The translations under genes and the position numbers were made by a program. From assembly GCA_016208495.1 (NCBI GenBank), contig JACQXX010000072.1, positions 1-64,000 on the forward strand: DNA of 64,000 bases, written 5' to 3'. This document shows, piece by piece, positions 1 through 9,119 of the stretch (the first letter of the stretch is position 1; the number at the start of each line of letters is the position of its first letter). The notes under the pieces are model-generated. The model worked only from the letters and a program-made list of their open reading frames with translations. It was not told the DNA's origin and did no database searches. The DNA comes from Acidobacteriota bacterium (lineage in GTDB: Bacteria > Acidobacteriota > Blastocatellia > Chloracidobacteriales > Chloracidobacteriaceae).

Positions 1-82
1 CTGACTACTGACTACTGACTACTGACTACTGACTACTGACTACTGACTACTGACTACTGACTACTGACTACTGACTACTGAC
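1..82. repeat. Tandem heptamer array CTGACTA x ~11 at window start; 3' part of the conserved upstream element family (see 9120-9253)
   Basis: Direct reading: perfect ctgacta tandem copies, then a unique 35-nt spacer to the ATG at 119. Confidence 0.9.
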
Positions 83-118
83 GAAGCAAAAACCAAGCAC
101 TCATAACCTCTAAACTCT

Positions 119-1096
119 ATGGCCCTAACAACTTATCTTGAAGCAATCCGACAGGGAATTTTTGAAGAAATGCGACGCGACTCCAGTGTGTTTTGTCTTG
201 GGGAAGACGTCGCTGTGTATGGTGGGGCGTTCAAGGTCACGGCTGGACTGCTGGAAGAATTTGGTCCAGACCGGATGATTGACACGCCGATTGCCGAAGC
301 CGCCATTGTCGGCGCCGCTTGTGGCGCCGCCCTGATGGGCATGCGTCCCATTGCTGAAATGCAGTTCATTGACTTCATTTCGTGTGGATTTGACATGCTG
401 ACCAACTATGCGGCGACCAGTCGCTATCGCCAGGGACTGGGGATCCCGATTGTGGTGCGCGGCCCATGTGGCGCCGGTGTGAGAGGTGGCCCGTTCCACT
501 CGCTCAACCCGGAAGCCTTTTTTATGAACACGCCAGGGTTGAAAATGGTGACTCCGGCCACCGCGTATGATGCCAAAGGGCTGATCAAAGCGGCGGTTCG
601 GGATGATGATCCGGTGCTGTTTTTTGAGCACAAATTTTTATACCGGCGCATCAAGGAGGATCTCCCCGAAGAGGAATATATCGTTCCGATTGGGAAAGCG
701 CTGACCCGTCGGGAAGGCGAGGATCTGTCAATCATTACCTATGGATCAATGGTCCACACGGCACTCGAAGCCGCCCAAATCCTGCAGGCAGAAGATGATC
801 TGGAAGTCGAAGTTGTTGATCTCCGGTCATTGCTGCCATATGACAAAGAGGCCATTCTGGCAACAGTCAAGAAGACCAATAAAGTGATTTTGCTGCATGA
901 GGCAACGCTGACCGGCGGGATTGCGGGTGAGTTTGCTGCCTTTATTGCTGAACACGCCTTTGAATATCTTGATGGCCCGATTGTCCGCATTGGGTCAATT
1001 GACACGCCAACACCTTATAGCCCCCCATTGGAAGATTTCTTTTTACCGAATGTTCCAAAAGTGGTGGCGGCAGCCCGAAAGCTGGCAGCTTACTAG
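119..1096 (+). CDS. 2-oxo-acid dehydrogenase E1 component beta subunit (pyruvate/branched-chain keto-acid dehydrogenase E1-beta, transketolase-like)
   Basis: 325-aa ORF. The N-terminal motif LGEDVAVYGGAFKVTAGL...MIDTPIAEAAIVGAA and the C-terminal transketolase-C-like region are typical of E1-beta. The E2 gene follows immediately. The E1-alpha gene would lie upstream, outside the window. Confidence 0.9.
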   Translation: MALTTYLEAIRQGIFEEMRRDSSVFCLGEDVAVYGGAFKVTAGLLEEFGPDRMIDTPIAEAAIVGAACGAALMGMRPIAEMQFIDFISCGFDMLTNYAATSRYRQGLGIPIVVRGPCGAGVRGGPFHSLNPEAFFMNTPGLKMVTPATAYDAKGLIKAAVRDDDPVLFFEHKFLYRRIKEDLPEEEYIVPIGKALTRREGEDLSIITYGSMVHTALEAAQILQAEDDLEVEVVDLRSLLPYDKEAILATVKKTNKVILLHEATLTGGIAGEFAAFIAEHAFEYLDGPIVRIGSIDTPTPYSPPLEDFFLPNVPKVVAAARKLAAY

Positions 1097-1238
1097 GCAA
1101 AAGAAACAGGGCTGAGGGCTTGGGGCTGAGGGCTGAGGAACCAATAACTTTCGAAGAATCAGGCACCAGAACCCACGCACTCGCCCAGGCATTTTTTCAC
1201 GTCTGTTTTCAATCATCGTTGTAGAAAGGTGAACCGCA

Positions 1239-2648
1239 ATGAGTACTGATGTCGTGATGCCTCAGATGGGCGAATCCATCGCCGAAGGCACGATTGTGAA
1301 GTGGATTAAAAAGATCGGCGACAGCGTCGAGCGCGATGAACCAATTTTTGAAATTTCAACCGATAAAGTTGACGCTGAAATTCCATCCCCGGTGGCGGGT
1401 GTGCTGCTGGAAATCCTGGTGACCGAAGGCCAGACTGTGCCGATTAACACAGTTGTCGCTCGACTCGGTGATGCCTCTGAAGTTGGTGCCGCGGCACCCG
1501 CCGCGGCACCGGAACCGGCCCCAGCGGTGGAACCAGTGGCCGCTCCGGAACCAGCACCAGTTGTGATCGAAGCGCCGCCAGCTCCGGTCGTGGCTGAAGC
1601 GTCACCCGCTGCCCCGGTTGCTGAACCAGCCGAAGAGGAAGAAGATGTCGCCACCAGCGAAGAACAGCGCAAGGTGAAATCCTCACCGCTGGTTCGCAAA
1701 ATTGCGCGTGAACACGGCGTTGATTTGACCCAGGTCACCGGCACCGGTTTGGGGGGGCGGGTGTCAAAAGAAGATATCCTGGCCTTTGTTGAGAGCCGGA
1801 AAGCTCCGGTTGCGGCACCTCCAGCCCCAGCCCCGGTTGTCGTGGCCCCGCCGCCACCCGTCATCGTGGCGCCGCCAGTTGTGGTGGCTCCGCCACCGCC
1901 GCCGCCCGCTCCAGCCGTCGTTTCTACCCCAACGGCTTATGGCGCCAGTGACCGGGTCGAAGTGGTGCCAATGTCACCGATGCGCAAGAAGATCGCCGAG
2001 CATATGATTCACAGCCGGCGGACTTCAGCCCACGTGCAGTCATTCTTTGAAGTTGACATGACGAATGTGGTCAAAATGCGCGAGCGCAATAAAGACAAGT
2101 TTGAGCAGCGCAATGGCACCAAGCTGACCATGACGACCTTTATTGTCAAAGCGGCGGTCGAAGGGTTGAAAGCCTTCCCGATTATGAATTCGTCGGTTGA
2201 CGGCGATTACATCATCTATAAGAAGGACATCAACATCGGGGTGGCCGTGGCGTTGGATTGGGGGTTGATCGTTCCCGTGATCAAACATGCCGAGGAGAAA
2301 AACCTGCTCGGAATTGCCCGCACCCTCAACGATCTGGCTCATCGGGCCCGCAATAAACAACTCAAGCCGGATGAAGTCGCCGGCGGCACCTTTACCATCA
2401 CCAATCCTGGAATTTATGGAAGTTTGATGGGCGCGCCGATTATCAATCAACCGCAGGTGGCCATCATGGGCGTTGGCGCCATCAACAAGCGTCCAGTCGT
2501 GATCAACGACGACGCCATTGTGATTCGGTCAATGGCCTATTTCTCAATTTCGTTTGATCATCGGGTAATTGATGGCGCTGTGGCCGATCAATTTATGGCC
2601 CACGTCAAAAAGACCCTGGAAAGCTTCCAGACAACTGAGCTTGAGTAA
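1239..2648 (+). CDS. Dihydrolipoamide acyltransferase E2 component of a 2-oxo-acid dehydrogenase complex
   Basis: It has a single lipoyl domain (EISTDKVDAEIPSP with the lipoyl-lysine context), an Ala/Pro-rich linker, a peripheral subunit-binding domain (SPLVRKIAREHGVDL) and a catalytic domain with DHRVIDGA. Confidence 0.9.
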   Translation: MSTDVVMPQMGESIAEGTIVKWIKKIGDSVERDEPIFEISTDKVDAEIPSPVAGVLLEILVTEGQTVPINTVVARLGDASEVGAAAPAAAPEPAPAVEPVAAPEPAPVVIEAPPAPVVAEASPAAPVAEPAEEEEDVATSEEQRKVKSSPLVRKIAREHGVDLTQVTGTGLGGRVSKEDILAFVESRKAPVAAPPAPAPVVVAPPPPVIVAPPVVVAPPPPPPAPAVVSTPTAYGASDRVEVVPMSPMRKKIAEHMIHSRRTSAHVQSFFEVDMTNVVKMRERNKDKFEQRNGTKLTMTTFIVKAAVEGLKAFPIMNSSVDGDYIIYKKDINIGVAVALDWGLIVPVIKHAEEKNLLGIARTLNDLAHRARNKQLKPDEVAGGTFTITNPGIYGSLMGAPIINQPQVAIMGVGAINKRPVVINDDAIVIRSMAYFSISFDHRVIDGAVADQFMAHVKKTLESFQTTELE

Positions 2649-2659
2649 CATCCAGCCAG

Positions 2660-2785
2660 GGGCTGAAACCAAGGGATGAGGGATGAAGGATGAGGGATGA
2701 AAGAAAGCAAATTCTTAGCCCTCAGCCCTAATCCCTCAGCCCCAAGTCTTCAGCCCCAAGCCTTCAGCCCCAAGGTCTTCAGCCC
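2660..2785. repeat. Intergenic tandem repeats: GGGATGAG/GGATGAAG octamers followed by a CAGCCCCAAG(N)CTT-type unit
   Basis: Direct reading. The repeats lie inside the annotated N-terminal extension of the 2697 ORF, which is the reason the later ATG at 2850 is preferred as start. Confidence 0.8.
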
Positions 2786-2849
2786 AGACACCGCACGTTT
2801 GATCCTTCCTCGATCCACACCACGCAATTTGTTCCTTCGAAGGTGGCTT

Positions 2850-4382
2850 ATGTCAAAGCGACTTCATCAGGAAAAAGTATCGAAATCGGAATCACCCGCC
2901 AACCGGGTGACGCTGGCGGACTTCGAAGACCAGCTCACCCACCTTGGATTTTCTCCTGACGTGGCGCATCAGGTGTGCCAGTCATTTATGGAAGGACTCC
3001 GGAAGTCGTTGGTGCGGGGTGAGGAAGTGAAGCTCCGAGGATTCGGCAATTTCCGTCGAATGCGCCGAAAGCGAAAGGGAAGTGATCCCACAGCCGACGG
3101 TGGCGTCGCTGATCGCTATGCGTATTCCGTAAAATTTCGACCCAGTCGGCGGCTGATTGGGTTGCTGTATGGGAAGGACATTCCAGAAACCGGGGTTTTT
3201 CTCTCCCTTGACGAAGCCCTGCTCCAGTTTCTGGACCAACCCTCACCGAAACCAGAATCACCGAAACCGCCAAAGAAAAAACCAGTCAAGAAACTGGCGG
3301 CAGTTGACCCGGACAATGTTCCGCAGTTGCTGCCCAACATTACCCTGGTCCCGGCCCACGTCAGCGCACTCAATCGAACCGGCGAGATTGTTTTTGAACT
3401 CCCTTCGGTGGTTGAGTTTCCGGAACCTGATCCGGAGGCGGGGATGCCGCTGATTGAATTTAATCTTCCTCCTGGATTGAGTCCTGAGATTGATACTTCG
3501 TTTGAAGTTGAGTCCACGCTCAGACTTGGATCCCCACCCCCACCGCCAGGTTTTGTCGCCCCATCGTCCCCATTGCCCTCCATCGAAGAATTTACCGAGC
3601 CCGTGGTTGAAGATGACGAAGAACCGCGTGACCGGTCCCGGATGCCCCCCACGCCTGATGATTTGGAAGCCGCGGAAGGGATGGATTTCGAAACCCACTA
3701 TGATTTGGGGATTTCCTACAAAGAAATGGGGTTGTACGATCAATCCGTTCGCGAACTCCATCGGGCGATTCAAAAAGTACCTCCGACTGATGAAGCCGGA
3801 CGATATATGAGCTGTTGCACACTCCTCGGAATGTGTTACCGCGAAAAGCAGATGTATCTTCAGTCGGTGGATTGGTTCCAGCATGCCCTGACGCTGACGA
3901 AACCGGCTGATGCCAGTTATCTGGCCCTGCAGTATGAGCTTGGATTGACCTATGACCTGGCCGGTCAGACGTTTAATGCCCTGGCCGCCTTTTCTGAGGT
4001 GTATGCCCTGGACGTGAATTTTCGCGAGGTGGCCGAGAAGGTCCGATTCCTGCAAAACGAAGTGATTGTGCGGGCCGAGCGGATGCAAAAAATGATCCCG
4101 ATTCATATTCGGGCCATTGCGTCCTCTGGCCAGCGAATTGACGAAGACACCTGGATTGTGAACATCAGCCGGCGTGGCGCCGGATTAAAAACAAATATCG
4201 AGCACGAATCCGGGTCCCTGATCGAAGTTGAATTTACTCAGGCTGGAAAGCGACACCTTGGGAAGGTTGTCTGGTGCGCTCCGTCAAAGGATCAGGACAG
4301 TTCCTATCGCATGGGAATTACCTTGATTACCGACGCAGAACTTGGTGTTGAGGATTGGCCTCGACCGATAGCACAGGGATGA
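2850..4382 (+). CDS. Multidomain protein: N-terminal HU/IHF-like DNA-binding domain, central TPR-like region, C-terminal PilZ-like (c-di-GMP-binding type) domain
   Basis: The HU/IHF signature is EVKLRGFGNFRRMRRKRKG...ADRYAYSVKFRPSRRL (GFGxF arm). TPR-like helices are at DLGISYKEMGLYDQSVRELHRAIQ and downstream. The C-terminus has IHIRA...QRIDEDTWIVNISRRGAGLKT, resembling the PilZ RxxxR...(D/N)xSxxG motif. The start was chosen at ATG 2850 (MSKRL) because the 2697-2849 stretch is built from tandem repeats. Confidence 0.6.
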   Translation: MSKRLHQEKVSKSESPANRVTLADFEDQLTHLGFSPDVAHQVCQSFMEGLRKSLVRGEEVKLRGFGNFRRMRRKRKGSDPTADGGVADRYAYSVKFRPSRRLIGLLYGKDIPETGVFLSLDEALLQFLDQPSPKPESPKPPKKKPVKKLAAVDPDNVPQLLPNITLVPAHVSALNRTGEIVFELPSVVEFPEPDPEAGMPLIEFNLPPGLSPEIDTSFEVESTLRLGSPPPPPGFVAPSSPLPSIEEFTEPVVEDDEEPRDRSRMPPTPDDLEAAEGMDFETHYDLGISYKEMGLYDQSVRELHRAIQKVPPTDEAGRYMSCCTLLGMCYREKQMYLQSVDWFQHALTLTKPADASYLALQYELGLTYDLAGQTFNALAAFSEVYALDVNFREVAEKVRFLQNEVIVRAERMQKMIPIHIRAIASSGQRIDEDTWIVNISRRGAGLKTNIEHESGSLIEVEFTQAGKRHLGKVVWCAPSKDQDSSYRMGITLITDAELGVEDWPRPIAQG

Positions 4383-6862
4383 TTCAATCCAAAATGAATG
4401 GTGACGGTCATTTGGAACAACTTGACGGACAAACATCCGACACTGAGATGACAGTTGGCCAGCGGGCTGGCATGGGGAAGGGTCTGTCCCGAAGTGCGGG
4501 TGATCCATCCCGAAAAAGCAAACAGCAGGCCGATACCCTGGCTTCAATTTTGCTAGTGGTGGTGGTGGCAGTCTTTGTTTTTTTTATCACCCGTCGGCTG
4601 GAAACCATTTTGTCACCACTCGATGATGAATCAATGATTTTGCAATCGGCTCATAGTTTGTGGGGGGCGACTGGTGCCGGTGAGATGGTTTCCAGGCTTG
4701 GTTCCGGGACAAGCGAAAAATTATGGCTGGCGTTGCCGGGGCTATCAGTGTGCCTGGCGGTTTTTGGAAAGATTTGGGGGACCGGTCTTGAGCAAGCCCG
4801 GACCTTTAACGTCGTGGCTGCCTGTCTGGTCCTGACTGCTGTGTTTTTGATTGGACGCAAGCTGCACAGCCGTGCCGCCGGCCTGATTGCTGTTTTTATA
4901 CTGGCGTTTGATGCCAATTTTTTCCACACTGCCCGCTTTCTGACGACCGATTTCCCCACGCTGGCCTGTACCTTAGCTGCCTTTTACTTTCATTTGCGAT
5001 CTCAGTCGGCGGCAAAACCGGAGCGTGAATGGGCATGGGGGATCGGTGCCGGAATTCTCCTCATTCTGGCCCTCCTGATGCAGGTAGGGGCGGTATATGT
5101 CGTGGTGTTGATCCTGGCCTGGTCACTGGTGGAGCAAGGGACTGGGATTTTTCGCAGCCGTTCATTGGGTGCGTTGAGTATGGGGGCGGGAGCACTGGCT
5201 TTGCCGTGCGGCCTTTACCTGTGGGGCCATTATTCCGAATTAACAACCCAGTGGCATCCGGAAACGCTCTATTTCCGTGGGTTTGGAATCACGAATATCT
5301 TCAAAAACCTGTCAGGTGAGCACCTGCGATATGATCAGTGGGAAAGCGGAGTGTTAAAAATTGCCACGGAAGGTTTTTGGGCGGTCGGGTTGTTTCAATT
5401 GTTGATTGTCTTGAGCCTGGCATATTTGACTGTTCGCGTGGTGGTGGCCTTTACCCGCTCTCACGGGTGGCAGGAATTCACGGAAATGTTGCAGAGCATG
5501 ACGCCCGAGGGTCAGACAATGGCCCAGGATCGGTCCCAGTTTTTTCACTTGGGACCCGATGAGCCGCGATACACCGGCTCGTTGCTCCGCTCGATGGCCC
5601 GTCAGGGAGGCTGGCGTCGCAAATTAACCGTTGCCCTTCACGAATTGGAAGAAGATTCCCGCCCGGTGACCACCTGGCTGGATGCACTTGGGGCGCCGTC
5701 TCATCCTGCCTGGCGTGCGTCACGAGCCGGTCTGCTCCTGATCTCAGTGCTCAGCGTGCTCTTCTTTGCCTTATTTGATGCCCAGAAAAGCGCCTTTCAT
5801 CTGCCGTTTATCACCGTGTGGCTGGCCCTCTGTTGCGGCGTCGGGATTGTGGATGGAATTCGATGGGGCGTCGAACAACGGAAACGAAGCGCCCGACGGG
5901 TGCTCATGGGGCTTGGAGCACTGTTGCTGGTGATCATCCCAACGATTGGGTATGTCGGTTCGGCTTCCAGAGTCGTGTGGCGGTTTTACCGCTGGTCACG
6001 AACCTTTGAACCGGCCCCTTACGCAGATGTCACCCAGGTTTTGCGCACGATTGTTCCTCAGAATTTGCTGGTGGTGAGCCGTCCCGTTCACTGGTTATCC
6101 TTTCCGGATAATCCCAATTATGTCTGGGCCAGCAAAAAGGTCTGGAAAGACCAGGATATCACGAGCCTTCCATGTGTGTTGGTGGTGGATGACGAATTTA
6201 TTGAGCGGGAAAATTTTAACCGGCTGTTTGCCAAGCAGGTCCCCAATTTCACCTTGCTGGCCGAACTGAGCGATACGCTGTATGGGAATATCAAGGTGTA
6301 TTACACCGGTCTGGATGGCCGGTTTCAAAATCATACACCGGCGCACTACTACTTTATGGGCGGCTTTCATAAAGGGTATGCCCGAAAGGGATATTACAGC
6401 GAAGAACAGCGCCAGTCGGCCAAGGTGATTTGGCTGGCGGGGCCACCCGAACTGGAACGACTGGCCAGGGCTGGTACTCCGCCGGAAGCCAAGCCACCGT
6501 CGGTTCACCGGGATAACGAGCGGTCGTCTCTGCGCATCGTCACTGATCTATCGCTGTATAACACTCGGGTTCGCATTCCGATCCAAACTCAATTAAAGCC
6601 TTTTACTTTGTATCGGTTGCAAACAGCAGTCCGCGTGGCGGAGGGCGGTTGCCTGGTTGGTCCGCGAGATCAAACCGGACTGTGGCTGGCCGAGCCTCTG
6701 GCTGTTGGACCTGGGGAACAATATGTCCCAGTTGATATTGTGTTTGCCACCAATGCCCGTGGCGATGGCGAAATTGCCGTGAGCAACCGCCGCAACGTGC
6801 CTGGGAAATCATTGATTTACCTCAGTCAGGTTGAAATCAGAGAAATTGGAAAACGACCCTGA
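4379..6862 (+). CDS. Polytopic membrane protein, GT-C-type glycosyltransferase (PMT_2 / ArnT-like family 39/83 fold), with a large C-terminal non-membrane domain
   Basis: There are multiple predicted TM helices. The region LWLALPGLSVCLAVFGKIWGTGLEQARTFNVVAACLVLTAVFLIGRKL...FDANFFHTARFLTTDFP matches the PMT/ArnT N-terminal pattern. The ATG at 4379 overlaps the upstream stop by 4 nt (ATGA), suggesting translational coupling; an alternative start lies at 4355. Confidence 0.6.
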   Translation: MIQSKMNGDGHLEQLDGQTSDTEMTVGQRAGMGKGLSRSAGDPSRKSKQQADTLASILLVVVVAVFVFFITRRLETILSPLDDESMILQSAHSLWGATGAGEMVSRLGSGTSEKLWLALPGLSVCLAVFGKIWGTGLEQARTFNVVAACLVLTAVFLIGRKLHSRAAGLIAVFILAFDANFFHTARFLTTDFPTLACTLAAFYFHLRSQSAAKPEREWAWGIGAGILLILALLMQVGAVYVVVLILAWSLVEQGTGIFRSRSLGALSMGAGALALPCGLYLWGHYSELTTQWHPETLYFRGFGITNIFKNLSGEHLRYDQWESGVLKIATEGFWAVGLFQLLIVLSLAYLTVRVVVAFTRSHGWQEFTEMLQSMTPEGQTMAQDRSQFFHLGPDEPRYTGSLLRSMARQGGWRRKLTVALHELEEDSRPVTTWLDALGAPSHPAWRASRAGLLLISVLSVLFFALFDAQKSAFHLPFITVWLALCCGVGIVDGIRWGVEQRKRSARRVLMGLGALLLVIIPTIGYVGSASRVVWRFYRWSRTFEPAPYADVTQVLRTIVPQNLLVVSRPVHWLSFPDNPNYVWASKKVWKDQDITSLPCVLVVDDEFIERENFNRLFAKQVPNFTLLAELSDTLYGNIKVYYTGLDGRFQNHTPAHYYFMGGFHKGYARKGYYSEEQRQSAKVIWLAGPPELERLARAGTPPEAKPPSVHRDNERSSLRIVTDLSLYNTRVRIPIQTQLKPFTLYRLQTAVRVAEGGCLVGPRDQTGLWLAEPLAVGPGEQYVPVDIVFATNARGDGEIAVSNRRNVPGKSLIYLSQVEIREIGKRP

Positions 6863-7065
6863 TGGATGACAGGGTGACAGGGTGACAGGGTGACAGGGTG
6901 ACAAGGTGACAGAATGACAGGGTGACAAGGTGACAGGGTGACAAGGTGATATTCTTCATTCTTTTGAAAACCCTGAACCCCAAACCCCGAACCCCGAACC
7001 CTGAACCCCGAACCTGAACCCCGAACCCCGAACCCTAAACCCCAAACCCTAAACCCCAAACCCCA
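6863..7065. repeat. Intergenic tandem arrays: GGGTGACA octamer x ~11 (variants AAGGTGACA, GAATGACA), then GAACCCC/AAACCCC heptamer x ~14
   Basis: Direct reading between the stop at 6862 and the start at 7072. Confidence 0.9.
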
Positions 7066-7071
7066 GAGCTT

Positions 7072-8496
7072 ATGACAATCAAATTTGGAACCGACGGCTG
7101 GCGCGGGCGCATCGCGCAGGAATTTACATTTGAAAACGTGGAAATTGTGGCTCAGGCCACGGCTGAGCAGTTTCTGGCGGATAACCCAACCCAATCGGAA
7201 CAACTGGTTTTTGTTGGGCATGACCGCCGATTTTTGGGTGAAGATTTTGCCGCCCGAGTGGCCGAAGTGATGGTCGCGAATGGCTTTCGGGTGAAACTCT
7301 ACGATACTGATGTCCCGACACCAATGGTTTCGTATGATTGCCACCACTTCAATGCTCGGGGTGGTGTGATCATTACGGCAAGTCACAACCCGCCCGAATT
7401 TTCCGGATTTAAAATCAAATTACCGTTTGGCGGATCAGCCTTGCCAGCCTATACCAATCAGGTCGAAGCCCGGCTTGGGGACAACCCTCCAAAACGGGTG
7501 TTGCTGCGCGAAGCCCTGGCCGATGGTCGGATCGAGCGGGTTCCGCCGTCTGAAGCCTATATCAAACGGGTGCCGGAAATTGTTGATCTGGAACAGTTAA
7601 AAGCCCAGGATCTGGAAGTGATTGTTGATTCAATGCATGGCACGGGCGGGCATTATTTGGAAAACTTCCTGAGTGGCGGAAAGCTCCGAGTGACAACCAT
7701 TCGCGGAGACCGGGATGTCTACTTTGGCGGCATCCATCCAGAGCCGATGATGCCCCAACTCCAACCACTGGCCGATGAAATCGTCCGCCGAGGGGCCTTT
7801 GTCGGGCTGGCCACTGATGGAGATGCTGACCGGGTTGGTGCGGTGGATAATCTCGGAAACTATATGAACACCCACCGGTTGCTCGCGATTTTGACCCTCT
7901 ATCTGGTGCGAAAGCGGAAGATGACCGGCGGTGTGGTGCGCACTATTTCACAAAGTGTGATCGTCAAACGGATTGCCGAAAAGTATGGACTGCCGCTCTA
8001 CGAAGTCCCTGTCGGGTTTAAACACGTGGCCGAATTGATGCTCACTCACGACATTTTATGTGGCGGCGAAGAATCCAATGGACTTGGCTGCAAACTCCAC
8101 ATTCCGGAGCGTGATGGAATCTTCAGTGCCTTGTTGTGCTTTGAAGCCATGGTGGCATTTGGCAAAACTCCGTCCGAACTGGTGGCTGATATTCAGCAAG
8201 AATTTGGGACTTTTGAGTATGAGCGCATTGATGTGAAGGTAGACCACATTGAACAAGCCCATCGGATTTTGGCCCTGTTACGCAGCGACCCACCAACCTC
8301 GGTGGCGGGCTTCCCCGTGACTGAAGTCTCGCAACTGGACGGCGTGAAGATGATTTTGGAAGATGAAAGCTGGCTGCTCTTCCGGGGTTCGGGCACCGAG
8401 CCGATGCTGCGGGTTTATAGCGAAGCCACCAGCCGCGAAAAGCTGGAACAACTGCTTGGCTTTGGCCGGGAATTTGTCCGAAATAATCTGAAATAA
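7072..8496 (+). CDS. Phosphoglucomutase/phosphomannomutase (alpha-D-phosphohexomutase family)
   Basis: It has the active-site phosphoserine loop TASHNPPEFSGFK and four-domain length (474 aa), with GLATDGDADR as the metal-binding loop. Confidence 0.9.
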   Translation: MTIKFGTDGWRGRIAQEFTFENVEIVAQATAEQFLADNPTQSEQLVFVGHDRRFLGEDFAARVAEVMVANGFRVKLYDTDVPTPMVSYDCHHFNARGGVIITASHNPPEFSGFKIKLPFGGSALPAYTNQVEARLGDNPPKRVLLREALADGRIERVPPSEAYIKRVPEIVDLEQLKAQDLEVIVDSMHGTGGHYLENFLSGGKLRVTTIRGDRDVYFGGIHPEPMMPQLQPLADEIVRRGAFVGLATDGDADRVGAVDNLGNYMNTHRLLAILTLYLVRKRKMTGGVVRTISQSVIVKRIAEKYGLPLYEVPVGFKHVAELMLTHDILCGGEESNGLGCKLHIPERDGIFSALLCFEAMVAFGKTPSELVADIQQEFGTFEYERIDVKVDHIEQAHRILALLRSDPPTSVAGFPVTEVSQLDGVKMILEDESWLLFRGSGTEPMLRVYSEATSREKLEQLLGFGREFVRNNLK

Positions 8497-8520
8497 AGAA
8501 TGAAAAAAGTGGTTAGGGAG

Positions 8521-8728
8521 GGTTAAAAAACAACTTCCCGATTTTCATTTGGGTCGAAGCCATTTTCTTTTGAGTTCGGTGGTACTTTCCCTGACAAAAG
8601 CTCAGAACCCATTGAAGTCTTTGAATTTCTTTTTCGTGTATTTCGTGTATTTCGTGGTTTCCTGTTCTGAAATTGGATCTCTCCGGGTGACTTTCGATAA
8701 AAACGGGAAGTTGTATTTTTACAGTCCC
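8521..8728. repeat. Small element bounded by inverted copies of a ~28-nt motif (AAAAAACAACTTCCCGATTTTC ... GGGAAGTTGTATTTTTACAGTCCC), with internal TTCGTGTAT tandem copies
   Basis: The motif at 8528-8553 is the reverse complement of the motif at 8699-8728. A third copy follows the stop codon at 25856. Confidence 0.6.
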
Positions 8729-8795
8729 TTAGTGGTGCGAATGAAGGGTTGGCAACAAGGACAGTTTTGAATCCGCGAAGCGGGTGACATTCTTA

Positions 8796-8926
8796 AAGCC
8801 TCGGGTGGAATAAGCGTCAGCGAATGGAATCCGTGGCGTCTATTACCGGGCAACGTACACTGGGCCGGGGAGGCATTCATTATTGCTGATTCTGTTTTCC
8901 ACGGATTCCGCTACGCTCCACCCGAG
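8796..8926. other. Long imperfect hairpin / candidate structured RNA or MITE-like element
   Basis: aaagcctcgggtgga (8796-8810) is the exact reverse complement of tccacccgaggcttt (8912-8926). The inner arm gaatccgtgg/ccacggattc and gcgtcagcg/ccgctacgc extend the stem, enclosing a ~60-nt loop. Confidence 0.5.
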
Positions 8927-9119
8927 GCTTTCACTCTTTCGCCCAGTTCCTGGGCTGAGACCCAAAAACGGCTTCAACTCTTAACTGGCACCACTAACCA
9001 CTAACCACATTCTTCATTTTCTCTATACAAAATTGTATTACTGTGTTATTGTTTCGCGCGCTTAACCAGTAGCGCTCTCAACTGGTTCACATCCCAACAA
9101 TTTCATCGTTCCAGGCCGA

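Noticed and set aside
1262-1864. 200-aa antisense ORF (Gly/Ala/Thr-rich) inside the E2 gene
   Set aside because: It is the mirror of the GC-rich Ala/Pro linker of the lipoyl-E2 protein. The E2 reading frame has clear domain signatures.
2697-2849. Longer N-terminus (start at 2697) for the HU-TPR-PilZ protein
   Set aside because: The extra 51 codons are encoded by tandem repeats that begin 12 nt after the upstream stop. ATG 2850 directly precedes the HU-like domain. The longer start is kept only as an alternative.
3258-4106. 282-aa antisense ORF inside the HU-TPR-PilZ gene, and 10873-11367 (+) inside the OlsF-like gene
   Set aside because: There are no motifs, and the sense-strand ORFs carry recognisable domains. 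These are typical long antisense ORFs of GC-rich DNA.
6863-7065. Possible CRISPR array, suggested by the regular short direct repeats here and in many other intergenic regions
   Set aside because: The units are 7-10 nt and directly tandem, with no unique spacers of 25-40 nt and no cas genes. These are microsatellite-like arrays, not CRISPR.
8549-8770. 73-aa ORF in the 8.5-9.2 kb intergenic region
   Set aside because: It lies entirely inside the inverted-motif and TTCGTGTAT repeat element. It has no RBS, a low-complexity composition (FFFVYFVYFVV) and is probably non-coding.
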